Positions 36,301-48,440 of a stretch of 64,000 nt of DNA are shown here, piece by piece. Position 1 is the first letter of the stretch, and every line of letters starts with the position of its first letter. The notes beneath the pieces were generated by a model, which was not told where the DNA came from, did not search any database, and saw only the letters and a program-made list of their open reading frames with translations. This stretch comes from Amoebophrya sp. A120 (Eukaryota; Protista; Dinoflagellata), in the NCBI GenBank assembly GCA_905178155.1, contig CAJINV010000015.1:1035907-1099906 (forward strand), written 5' to 3'. Made by a program: the position numbers and the translations under genes.

Positions 36301-39300
36301 AATTCCCCCTGACCAGCTGGTTCAGCCTTTCCTCCCTTTCCTTCGGTGACAACTGGAGTCTTTTTCCCTTTGATACTCCTTTCCGCGAACCAGACCCTAC
36401 GCTTGTTCCTGGCGAGTATTTCATCTCGGAGTCCGAAGCGCCGTCCGAATCGGAATCATTTTCCTCGTGGTCTATTTCTCGTTCATTATGCGCATGAAGA
36501 TCCTCTCTTTTCCACTTCGCCTTCACCTTTCTTTCCAGTTTTCGCAGCTGTTTGTTATTGATTTCTAATTCCATGGTCCCGTCGCTGTTACTATTTCCAG
36601 CTGGTGCACAACCCGGGTGTAGAATCTCTTCCATAAATTCGATCAACAACTCCCGTCGCTCCTCCTCCTCGTCCTCCTCGTCTTCCTCTTTATCAAACTG
36701 TCCATTCGCAAATCGATCCCCGACGAGAAATTGCAAACCGCCGGGCCCCCGATTCACACAGCTCTCCTGCTGCGCAAGCAATTGCGACGCAGAGGCGGAG
36801 TTTAAACTCGAGTTACTCGCTGACTTCATCAAGTTCATCGGCATTTTGATCATTTTCTGAAAATTCGCCCCGTTCGTCAGCCCATTGCTGCAGTTCCAGG
36901 TGAATTCCTTGTTTTTGTAGTAAACTTTTCCGCTAGTCGCGGTATTCGACATTAGTAGCCGCAGTTGGTGGGAAAGGGACTGCGCCGCCCGTTCCGACTC
37001 TAATTTTGAACTCGAAGTGTGGCTGGAATTTTTCCCGTACGGATTGTACTGCGATGCTGTGTGGGAAAACGCTTGGTAAGTCGAGGAAGTCCCGTGCGAC
37101 TGCAGGCCGAAATTTTGCAACGACATAGAGCCGGCGGCAGACGCAGCTTCGTCGTGGTGCTCCCGGGTCGTGGCCTGATAGCATTGGGTTACTAATTTTC
37201 TATGTTGTTTTATACACAACACAAATGGATGATCTTGATCACCATGTTCAAGAAGCGAGGTGGATTCGATTGGCATTGTTTTTCGTGCATGACAACTTTG
37301 AACTTCAAACGCAAATGATTGAAGCGCCGGAGGAAAAAAAAATAAAAATGAGATCATCGCCGCTAGTAATTATACCAGCTGCTGCGCCACCGGGTTCATG
37401 CTTGCCTGCAGTGCCGAAATCGGCCCCATGATGCTGTTTCGCGCTGTGCTGCGGGGAAACGATGGCACTAGAAACTGCTCTCGCACGACGGATCCGCGAC
37501 AGCTGTTGGACTTTATGCATTGCAAAAATTAAAATATCGCACTGGTATAAATTGCATCACAAATTTTTGCAAGAAGAAAAAATGAAATTTGTCACGCTGA
37601 CTAAGGTAGAGAATTAGATTTGTCAAGCATGACCACTGCAACCGATACGATTACGAGTGCGATACTTTTGCAATGCATAGACTTCTGTACTGGCTGATTC
37701 GGGTATGAGACTGCACAACTCCCCCTCCCCGTCATTTGTAATGCAAAACCCCAAGTCCAAGTGCTAAGCTACCTTGTGGCGCTCTTTGCATGACAGATTC
37801 CGGAAGCCCAAACAGTACTGCACTAGGCGTATGAATTTGCCATGCACAGGCTCCACGTGTGCTGGGGTTTGTCTTGCTGCACATGCCATTCAAATGAGGG
37901 GGAGGGGGACGAGTTGTGCACTGTCATATCGGGATCAAAAGGCTCGACGGGACGTTTAAGCGGAACGAAGCCCTCGGGTTCACGGCACTTCCACCCGTGA
38001 AAATCGAGTTATGACGAGAGGGCACAAGAACTTTCATTTTTCCCCCGTCATTTGCGATTTTTTGCCATGCAAAATTAGACCCAGTCACCCTTTGCTGCCT
38101 TAATAGCCTTGTGCGGTCACTGTTCGCATGGCCAGAACTTCCGGAAGCAGCCCAAACACTATGTGCATTTGGCGCGGCGTGAACTTCTTGTTATGCTGAT
38201 GTGGTGGTGATGATGATGTGGTGGTGTTTGTATTTTTGCTGCTCATGTCGTACAAATGACAGAGGAAGTAGGGCAGTAGTTCTTGTGCACTCTCATACGA
38301 GTTTATCAAATGTAAAAATGTCTGGGTCTGGAAGAGTCATGCTGTTTTTGCATGACACAGAAGGTCTGGCATGAAAGCTCTAGCATCACAGGTTTCGAGA
38401 AGCTTCCGCAATGCCGAATCCGCATGACAAATCTCCTACTTTGCTGACAGAAAGTGGGCAGCTTTTGCTACGTATGCATGAGAGACTTTTCTGTGTTCTG
38501 AAATACGCATTACAAGTTGCCTTCTTCCAGACCCAGACATTTTTACATTTGATAGAGTTCCGACTTGTCCCAAAGGTCGTGGTGTTCCGCGGCGCTTTCA
38601 AACTACTTTGCCCTGCTCCAGGCGTCTATAACAGGGCACAACTCCCCCTCCCTCTCATTTGTCATGCAAAATACCGAATCCAGTCGCTGCCTTGTGGCAC
38701 TGTTTGCATGACAAATTCTGGAATCCCAAACAGTACTACACGAGGCACATAAATTTGTCATGCACAGGATCCACGTGTGGCGGTGTTTGTATTGCTCTTC
38801 GTGCAACACAAATGAGGGGGAGGGGGAGTTGTGCACTCTCATACCGTCTCTCCCAGATATGCTTCGTCGCCATCTGCTCCTCCTTCGTGCTGACCCCCCA
38901 CGCGGCCGTGTGCTAGGTGCATGTCAAAAGCCGCTGGTGCTGCACCGGATTTATTTCCTAGGTTGCTGCTCCCACTGGTGTTATTACCGCTTGCTGTACT
39001 ATTTGCTGAGGTTGCCAGGATAGAAAACCGCTGTTGGTTCTGGCTTGGCGAGGACATAAAACCGTTGACGCCGAGAGTGATTCGACGAGAATTTCGGTTA
39101 TTTCTGAGGTCATTTGCGGTTGTACTGTTGCCCCCCAGGATCCTGCTACCTGGGGACGTCGCTGTGCCTTCTTCATCGTCATCAAAACTTAACTCCTCGA
39201 TGTCTTCTGGTAGCAACGCCAAAGCATTGTACTCTGATTTTCGTCTAGCCGAGAGCGTTTTCCGCCGCTGCGCGCTGAAACCACCGGATGTTGATCCATT

Positions 39301-42300
39301 CGCGGTTGCACTACCGCCAGAACAACTCCCGTCGTCTTCTGCGGCAGCCTCGGTCAACACCTTCGTCTCCAAAATCGCCCCCAAATCGCTGATGCTATTG
39401 CGTTTCTGCGTCATCATCACGGAATTGCGCCGGGGCTGGAGATTCAGGGTTTGAACTTCCGGCTCGTAGTGATCAATTGCTGGTGGAGGTGCTGGTGGTG
39501 GAGCAGAGGTTGTTGTAGCTGCTGCACTTCCACCTTCGTGTGTTGTAGTTGTAGTTCCACCGACGCCAGATGATATCAAACCAAACGCCAGCAGTTCCGA
39601 TTCCGCGGCGGACTGACGGGAGGATTGCGGCTCGTCGGAGATCGATTCTCATGCATTGCAAAAACGTCTGGGTGTGGAAACTTGTGATGCTGAACTATGG
39701 ATGACTGAAACATTTGCCAATGCAGCCAATCATGACAATTTTGCAGAACGCTACCTTTGTCCAGTCCGCATGAGTAGAAACTGCGCTTTTGTACGAACAA
39801 AGAGGGCGTCTGTTTTTTGTTAGTCATGCAATACAGATTTTACAGGAACGTAGGGCTAGCATCACAAGTTCCATGTTTCCAGACCCAGACATATTATTTG
39901 CAATCCATAATTCTGCTGAGTTTACGACGACCGCTGGCGCGTTTTTAGAGGAACTCTTGTTAATATTTGTTCCTAAAGCGTTAGAAGCGGTTGCGTTTGT
40001 GGTCCCCACACCGAGCAATTTGTTGATGTTCAACATTGTCAACGGCGCAATCTGGCTGTTCACGTCCCTCAATGATTTCCTGCTATTCACGGATCTTCTT
40101 GCCATCGAATGCCGGATGTTTCGCTGGGAAGCAGTGGGCTGGGGTCCTTTGTTCGTACTATGATTGTTGCCATACGAGCTCAGGTGATCATTCTGGTGCT
40201 GCAAGTGATGAAACAGCTGGGCCGTTGTCCCCCCGCCGGGCACTTCGGATTTCCGCGGGCTGTGGTGGTGATTGCCGGAGGACGTTGTCGCGTGATGCGA
40301 AGATATGCATTGCAAAAGCATCGTACTAGTGGGAATTGCATTACAAATTAGCCCAGCATGACAAATTGAATTTGTAATGGTGATTTACCTTAACAAAGAG
40401 GTTTGTAATGCATAAACGCAATTACTACGAGTACGATACTTTTGCACAGGATAGAAGAATTTGATGACCAATAATTCCCCCGCTCCGAAAAATTCATGCT
40501 GCCGTTCAAGGTCACTGAAGTCACAGACGTGCGCTCGGAATTGATGCTATGAAATGCAAAAATGTCTGGGTCTGGAAACTTGTGATGCAAGTCAGTCAAT
40601 AACAAACGCACTGTAATGCGCCGCCAAGCATGACAAGTTGCTTCGTGCTTCTGCGCTGCGTATTCCGCATGAGAAACCGCGTTTTTGCATGACAGGCGAG
40701 AGAGGCTGTTTGTGGCCACGCAATACAGATTTAAGGGCCATGCCAGATCAGCATGACAAATCTCGCAATCTCCAGACCCAGACATTTTTGCATTTGATAG
40801 ATGCTATTCTCATGCATGTTGGAGGCCGTAGAGCTGCGGTCGCTGTTTTAGTTTTAGATTTAGTCGATTTTGTTTTGATGTCAATTAAATCGCCATAGAA
40901 ATAACCGCCCATGCGCATGCTGTGCGTAGTTGCTTGTAGTAGGCAGTAGCAGCGCGTCGAGAGCACAAAAATAAAAGCACTTCTAGTCTAGTTCTAGTAT
41001 AAATACCCGCCAATCCCCATTGCCGTTCTCGTACTGGAAGTCGAGGCTCGGTGCAATTGCCCCCTCCCGCCCCTCGGAGACGATGCAGCTGACATCGACG
41101 TCCCGTGATTGTTCCCATATCCATGATTTATTCCCGCCTTGATGTGCGTATTATGCGGCTTTTTTCTACTCTTATTCTGACCACCAAGAGCTGGTCCTCC
41201 CGATGCTCCTGCTTGGGAGGATGAAAAGTTCTGATTCATTCCATTGTTTTGCCCGTTGTGCAATTGCTGGCGCAACTGCTCGTGGTAGGTGGAAACCAAA
41301 TCTTTTGAGCTGGTCGCGGAAGTTGTAGACGACGATGAAAAGCCGAATAAAGGACCTGGTGAAGTCGCCGACGCTGCATCTTTACCATTCAAATTTCCAC
41401 CTCCGAACTGCTGGTGCAATTGAGAAAAAGTGCTGTCATAGCTGCTCGGGCTCAACCGCTGGGACGGATCTCGACTCGTCGTGTAGGATCGGGGGGAGGG
41501 GGGTTTCAGGATTATTTGGTTACCACTGCTCTTGCTATTCGCGGCCCCGGGCCCGCTTTGCGTGCCATGATTTCCCACGATCACACCATTGCCACCATTT
41601 CTCTGATCCAGTAATGACGTGCTCGTCCCGTGATGATCATAATTCTGGTTCGAAGTGTATCGCATGAAAAAACTGTCTCAATCTCATACAAAAATCTCTT
41701 GGAGATGACTCAGCAATGAATGCAAATTGGAATTCTCGTCTCAGCATGACACGGAAATAAAGAACCTGTGATGCGTTAGACACAACATCGAGGGAAAACA
41801 CACAGGAGGAAGGACGACTTTCTATTGATTCTTCTTCTTGCATGCCGAGCATGACAAAAAACTATCTCAAGGAAGTTGCGCAATACACGTTGAAACTGAG
41901 ACATCTTTTTCTCGCGATAAGATAACCGGCTTCACGCCACTGACAATCCCTTGCACGGTCAGCGCAATTTTTTCCAGATCTCGCGGGAAATGGAGTAAGC
42001 AGTTGAAAAACGCGTCGCGGTTTAAGCACTTCAGACTCGCGGGCTTCTCCCCGATCACCACGGCGGTGTTGACTCTTTTTTCCAATAACCCGAGAAAGCC
42101 AAACTCGCCGAAAAAAGCATCCTTCGTCACCTCGATCTCTTGCTCTTCGTAGGTGGAAATGAGACGAATGATGCCGGATTTCAGGAGGTACAGACACGGC
42201 TCGCTGGCTCTGCTTGCCGTGGTGGTAGCAGCACTTGATACAACATTTTCCGGCGCTGCCCCCGTCGTGGCAGAAAATGATGTTGAACAAGCTCCTGAAG

Positions 42301-43168
42301 TACTATTTCCCGCATGCGGCCCGGTTTCTTCGCCCTCGAAGTAGATGACTGATCCCGGTTTCACGTCTTTCACGGTGACAAACCGTTTTGCCAGGAAATG
42401 TAGGAACTGGGCCGAGACGTGCTCTAAGAAACCTAGACTATGCAATGCAAAAGCATCCCATCGTACTAGTACAAATTGCATTAGCCCAGCATTACAAATC
42501 AAATTTGTAATGCTGATTTATCTTGAGAGTAAAGAGATTTGTCATGCATAAACGCAATTACTACGAGTACAATACCTTTGCACAGGATATAGATTCCGCA
42601 GCAGCAATTCGTCCCCCTTCAGTTTCTTCGGCGGGTGAAACCCAGAAATCCCCGTGTTGCTGATGTTGCTTGTATCAACCCTAAAAGTATCGCGTAGTAA
42701 TTCTAATTGCAACTTCGCATGACAAATCTGGCTCCTTTGGTCGTAATTTAGCACGACAAATTGCACCTGTCTACATGCTGAGCAAATTTATATGATCATG
42801 CTGGTTACTACTAGCACGATACTTTAACTTCTTTTGCGATGCCTAGTTTGACTTGTGGAACAAGTTTTTTCCCTGCCAGTCAATCTTGTATCAACTGTAA
42901 AAATGTCTGGGTCTGGAAGATTCTGACACTTGTCATGCACGTTTTGCATGAGCCATGATGTCTGTGATGCATACCCTAGCAATACAATTTTTTTGAGGGC
43001 TTCTTGATGCGTAATCCGCATGACAAATGCCTTCTCAGTGTAGCAAAAATTGCAGTTCCTTTGGTACTCATGCAATGCAGATTTTTTTGGAATCCAAACG
43101 CAGCATCACAAGTTGCATTCTTCCAGACCCAGACATTTTTACATTTGATATCTTGTTGATGATGACAT
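33308..43168 (-). CDS. Large low-complexity protein with an N-terminal cyclic-nucleotide-binding (cNMP) domain
   Basis: cNMP signature at ~41900-42438 (KPGSVIYFEGE...LYLLKSGII...FFGEFGFLGLLEKRVNTAVV...LNRDAF). The frame can be followed through ~15 introners and 2 GT-AG introns to a stop at 33308. The start and two degenerate junctions are uncertain. Confidence 0.72.
33389..33737. mobile_element. Degenerate introner family C
   Basis: IR aaatccgccctcccca/tggggagcggggattt; flanking cgtat/tgtat; TAT/ATA ends eroded; excision restores EVVI/RESE. Confidence 0.65.
33786..35836. mobile_element. Introner (family B-like ends) carrying ~1.8 kb cargo
   Basis: TSD tccgc; tatgcattgcaaaag...cttttgcacttcata; excision restores HYRR/KKVY. 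Confidence 0.85.
35960..36172. mobile_element. Introner (IR aagaaaaa.c...t.cactgt)
   Basis: TSD catct; excision restores GDKM/TLAST. Confidence 0.85.
37514..37679. mobile_element. Introner family B
   Basis: TSD gactt. Confidence 0.88.
37704..37928. mobile_element. Introner family E (TIR tatgaSagtgcacaactccccctcccc)
   Basis: TSD tcggg; only 24 bp from the previous element. Confidence 0.9.
38010..38297. mobile_element. Introner, family E-like
   Basis: TSD cgagt; IR gcacaagaact/agttcttgtgc. Confidence 0.82.
38304..38554. mobile_element. Introner family A
   Basis: TSD gagtt; 6 bp from the previous element. Confidence 0.9.
38627..38843. mobile_element. Introner family E
   Basis: TSD gcgtc/ccgtc; close copy of 37704-37928. 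Confidence 0.9.
39650..39909. mobile_element. Introner family A
   Basis: TSD attct; left end reads CAT rather than TAT. Confidence 0.88.
40304..40453. mobile_element. Introner family B
   Basis: TSD gaaga. Confidence 0.9.
40548..40799. mobile_element. Introner family A
   Basis: TSD gatgc. Confidence 0.9.
41658..41885. mobile_element. Degenerate introner
   Basis: tatcgcatgaaaaaa left end, gcatgac motifs, ...caata right end; TSD not clean. Confidence 0.5.
42439..42589. mobile_element. Introner family B
   Basis: TSD tagac/tagat; excision restores RNL/GFLEH. Confidence 0.9.
42673..42850. mobile_element. Degenerate introner family B
   Basis: Left end tatcaaccctaaaagtatcg; right end eroded; candidate TSD gcttg/acttg. 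Confidence 0.6.
42889..43150. mobile_element. Introner family A
   Basis: TSD tcttg. Confidence 0.9.
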
Positions 43169-44273
43169 TGTGCTGGGCCACCGTCGCGGTCTGGTGGTTC
43201 TGGAGTGGATGTTTGTGCGGCGGGGAAGGTGAGGCAGTCGTGCTGGGAAAGGAACTCTGCACGTGGATGAGCAAAGGATCTTCCATGGACGTCATGGTTT
43301 TGATATTAAAGTGTGTCTACTTTAAAATCTTTCCGAGCGTACAATCTTCGCAATGCTCCACCTTGTGGTCGCGAGAAGGACGAGACTCAGCAACTCACAC
43401 AACGCAATAACCTCTTCCATGATAGATCTACACGCGTAATGTCGAATGACACAAGGAGAAGTCGAAGTGTCGTAAGTATGAAAAATAAACCTGAACCGTG
43501 CGATTCAGTGCAGTAGCCTCTCTTGCTGTAGTTGAGCTCCCACAGCTCCGTGTCTGTTCCCCTTCCCTCCATGTGCCGTGTCTTGCTATTAATAAACACG
43601 CGTCGTGCACGACCTCTCCAGCTCTTTACTACAGAACGAAAAACATAAGTCCAGAATCAGACACGAACGGTTCCCGGCAGGGCGCTTTCACGAACCAAGC
43701 GTGGGGGAAAAGATACGAGCCTCCTCCTGGAGGCGTCTCGTCTACTTGCTTTTTTTGTGTTTTCAAGTTGTAGAAATGCATCGCAAATTTAGCGATTGTT
43801 CGGCTCAATAATCTACTTCCAAGCCAATGTTTGAGCAAGACAGGAAGTCGAGCGTGGTGGTTTTTTGAAAATTCTTGTACTGCACCTTTCACGTGGTGGC
43901 CCACGGCGAAGCTGAGAAAGCTTACTTTTGTATCAACTAGCTCGGTATCAGTGTTCCTCGTTTATTTGATGAAGTATTGTTCCTTGTTCATTTGATATAC
44001 TTGTCTACGAACTATCATTGTCTGCTGGGACGGAGAGCGGCCTTTTTATCTTTATCATCAATGCCTTTTGATAACTAGAAGCACGCGACGCATCTGAGTG
44101 GATCATTTGTAGCCTGGTGCTGTTCTTACTTGGTATCATCCAGAATAGTGCGCGACTTGCCTCCCCATTTCTACCATTAGCTCCGCGCGCTACTTTTTTC
44201 TCCTAGTCTATCCTCGTCGTTATATTTCGGTTTGCCCGAAGATGAAAATCGGCTGCGATCGAAGACGCCGAAG

Positions 44274-45235
44274 CTACTTCTTCTGCTTGCCCGCGCGACC
44301 CAAGTCCTGCAGGTCGCTCGGCACCGCGTAGCTGCGCCGCAAAGCCGCCGCCGGGGGCCTGGCGTCGGCGTAGGTCATCCCTGGTGGGGGTCGCACACTG
44401 TACAGGTGTTTCTCGGCCGGCGAGAGGGTAGGCGTCGTGCGGAAAATAAATGTAGTACCAGCGCCACACGTGACAACACTAACACTTCGCGTTTTCTACG
44501 AAAATAGAGGCCCTCGCCTTTTGCAAAACGAAAACCAAAATAACAACGCAGTCAGATTCAGATAAATAAACACGGGTGGGGCGAGGGGCCGACTATAGGC
44601 AGCGCAGTTTTTATATATGAAAAGCGCGCCGGCGCCCAGGCATGACGCTGGTGCCTCAACATTACGCATGATACGCGTCAGCCGGATGAACTGGCCACCG
44701 TCACCGCTGCTGCAGTGGTATGCAATGCAAAAGCATCGCACAACTAGTATAAATTGCATTACAAATTCCCCCAGCATTACAAATTCAATTTGTAGTGCTG
44801 AGTGACCTCGAGAAATGCATAAATGCAATTACTACTACGGGTACGATACTTTTACACAGGATAAGTGGGCCCGGTACGCCGGCGCGTTGGCGACGAAGGA
44901 AAGTATGCAATGCAAAAGTATCGTACTCGTAGTAATCGCAGTTGTGCACTACAAATCTCCATCCAAAGGTAAAACAGCATGACAAATCTTATTTCTCATG
45001 ATGAGCAAATTTGTAATGCAATTCATACTAGTACGCTGCTTCTGCAATGCATAGAAAAGCATCGTGGCCCGTTCCATTGGATCGGGGGGCCAATACGAAT
45101 TTCGTATTGGCCCGCCGATGCAGCAGTGGAAACCAACCCTGGCGCGACCGCCGGCGTCTTCATCAGGCCAGCGCGGGTCATGAACGTCATCCGGTCGGCG
45201 CGCGGCTGCACGACGAATGTGTCTTGAGCGGCCAT
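44274..45235 (-). CDS. Hypothetical protein
   Basis: MAAQDTFVVQPRADRMTFMTRAGLMK...WNGPRCFS/FVANAPAYRAH/CSSGDGGQFIRLTRIMR reads through two introners. The 3' end is uncertain: a stop at 44496 if unspliced, or a further exon ending at 44274. Confidence 0.55.
44719..44863. mobile_element. Introner family B
   Basis: TSD agtgg. Confidence 0.9.
44904..45053. mobile_element. Introner family B
   Basis: TSD gaaag/gaaaa. Confidence 0.88.
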
Positions 45236-48200
45236 TTTAATATCGTTGTGGCAACAACTAGAATTTTTGAGGTGGCAGAGAAAAAATAGAACTAGAGCTC
45301 TACTACGACGAAGAAGAACCACCGGTATGACAAGTACGGGAGAGGCGCTCCCTTTACAACCCGAGCGAAAACAAAAACAAAAAAGTCAGGACCACTAAGT
45401 ACGGAGAAACAGATCCTCAACCTTGACCACACAGGGAACCAAAAAAAGATGATCTTTCACTGGGTGAGGAACAAAGAATGAAAGGCTAAGGATCCACAAA
45501 GTCAAAGACGGCGATACTCCATAATCTTAATTTTCAGGTGAGACAAACAAGAACCGATCCATTGGAACGGAGAGAAGGGTGAAACGGTACACGAGCGAAA
45601 GTCATCTTTGAACTGACCGAGGAGGGATCATGATCAACATTTTCATTTGCATCTGCAATCGCACCACGAAAAGTAGAAGCCGATCACTTCCGGAACAACA
45701 TAAGTAGAAGATACATCCCAAGCTCCATCTTGTCATTACGTTGTATGTTTGATGTTTATTTTGGAGTTCTGTATTCTCAAAAGTTGTTTTTCAGAGTCAG
45801 TATAGAAGAAATCAGGAATCAAAATCCGGCCTGGGCCTGCTTCATCTTGGTTCTAGAAAAATCGGCATAGCTGTAGTCATCAAAAACTTTTTCAACTAGA
45901 TTATAGTTTCTTCGAATTTTATTTAATCTTTGAGGTCGAGCTAGGCTCACATTTCCTGCAGAACCCTGGTTACGAATACCTAGTGGTATTGAGATTGCAA
46001 TACAAATACTACCTTGTCATCATCTTTTGTTCGTTTATGTTTTTGTTGTTGACCAATGGGTGCTACAATGAATCCGAATTCGGATCGCGTAAAGCTCCCA
46101 ACCAGTCGCGGTCTGCTTAGTTGCTTCAATCATCGTCCTCTTTGAGTATTGTTATCTGTACGAAAAAAAGTTTGGAAAATCTAGCTTCATCGCTATCTGT
46201 AGCTTCGATGTCCAGAGCAAAGAAAAAAACTTCAGTGTTGAGCATCAACATTCGCAACCCTTGTTGGCGAAAAAAATTCAAATTGAAAAATCAATATCAA
46301 AGCTTGATCTGCTTGGCCTACTGATGTAAGCTCTATTGCCAAAAAAAAAAATGGAAATCAAAAATCAGAGTTGGTACGCAAAAAAAAAGGAAATCTCCAA
46401 AAAAGCCTCAAAAGATCAAAAAGCGAGAAGAACCCCAGGTAAAGAACTTCCCCGGTCTAGTGTCGTGGACCGGCCTATAAATCTTCTTGCCTCCCATCCT
46501 GTAAGTCGACACCACCACGCGCTACTAGTACATGATCCTAGTACATGCTCCTCAGCGATGAAACGAAGCGGAAGTGCCGTCTTTCCGGGGGCCCACTAGC
46601 GGTTCATTCGCAGGCCGTGTCATCTGTCGTAGTGGCGCCGCTTCCTCGCCTGCTTCCTCTTCTTCCTCACTGTCAGAGCAGTCCATCAGCCCGGGCGGTG
46701 GGACTTTCTTCACCGATTGCAAATTTTGCAGCACAGCGTTTTCCGGTATGGTGGGCAGTAATTGCAGGAATCCAGACGATCGCCGACGCAGTGGCAAGCC
46801 ATAGCCACCCACTGTTTGATGTTGGCTGGAGTAGAAGGAATAAACGCACCAGAATGCAAAGCAAAATCACCACTGCTCGCCTTTTTATATCTCATCGCGA
46901 CTTATTGTTCGCTATATCGAATACGAGTAGACCGTGTAAGTATGTGTGTCCAGGAATAGATGATCTTATGCAGCTGCAGAAGACGATGAGATAGCTCGTC
47001 ATCACGCAATCATGGAGATTGTGCTTTCCATACTTCGATCTGCAGCATCCTCAGTTTGTTTGCGAAGGGACGATGAAGCGGCGGTCGAATCTTCAAATGT
47101 TGCGCTTCGAGTAACCAGAATGCCTAAACTTAGAGTTCTGCAGATTTGATTCTTGAAATTAGAATTTCTGAATCAATAAGTCTCACACCAACATCAAGTC
47201 GGCTGTACATGAGATCTGAAGAAGGAGGGTTAAACCAGCATCTTAATTATCAGACGAGTATACGAAGAAATAGAAAAACGACACGAATACGAAATGGGAT
47301 ACACACGTGATCGTCTCGACAACGGAACAAAAAAGGAACAGGAAGCAAATGAGATCAAGAAATGCAGCAAGTTGTGAATCACGGGATCTACTACAAAAGA
47401 AAGCAAATCAAATGCGAAAGCAAAACAAAAACTGCGTCTGTCGTAGGAGCATAGAGAAAAACGAAACGAGAAACGGAAGTAGATCTTCTGGGGATTCGTC
47501 TTGAAAAGGCGAACTTCCTATTCTATTTTGCAACAGCGACCACAAAAAAACGCTAGCAGCCCGTTGTTCCTTTGTGCTCTAGAATCACCGTACTACGTGT
47601 GAGACTCCCGATGTTCGTCTCGTCGAGCGAGTGCGAGATCCATGTCCAAAGAAATGCTGTACCGAACGAGCCACAGAAAGGCTTCATAATCAAAGTGATC
47701 ACTTGAAGAGGTAGGTGCAAAAAAAGAACGGAAATCAACATGTCTTGTTGCGCTGGAACAACCATTCCGCGCCTGTGGTCCTCGCGACGAGCTAGGTGCG
47801 CGTCTTTTTTCTTTTTCGCTCATGTATTGTTCATGTTCAATTATCGGTTTTGTCAGAAAAATTCGAGTCCCTGCCGCGGGGCTTCAGTATTGAGCAAAAT
47901 GTATTGAATGTGGTTGAATTCACGTGAATCGATGACACAATTTTTGTTCCACGACTCGTGTGACACTATCACGTGAGCAGCGCGACACGTCGTGCCGCAG
48001 TCGAGATTTCGGGGCTCCGTCCGCCAGAATCGGAGAAGCGTGCAGCACGAAGACCGTTTTTCCAAAGGTCCACTCCCCGTAGTCTACTTCACAGAGAGTT
48101 GTACAACGATGTATCGCCGACGCTGACCTGTTTCGGTTTCGAATTTATGCAGTTAATTGTGTCCTCTGTCGCGCATGTTCTTACATGACTGAATGGACGT

Positions 48201-48440
48201 GATACAATTATAAAGCAATCCATCGTGTGGTTTTTCATTGGTCGCGCACAAAAAAAATCTCCGTACACAACACATCTTCTACAAGTAGTGGGTAAATTGT
48301 ACCTTTCACGGTCGACGGAATTTTGACTGTTCTTCGCGTAGTGGTAGGTGAATCAGTGTTGTTTTCCTGCAGCAGATGAAGAAGTTCTTCTTGTTGTGTC
48401 GAGGTTTTTTGTTTGTTGTTGTCAAACGCGCCGTCTGTGC

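Noticed and set aside
43068-43295. MTSMEDPLL ORF as the start of the cNMP protein
   Set aside because: After introner removal this frame hits a stop near 42843. The alternative frame from the ATG at 43168 reads through.
46552-46873. Possible small minus-strand gene with an acidic stretch (DSEEEEEAGEE)
   Set aside because: Short, with no clear start, splice structure or homology. Possible but unsupported.
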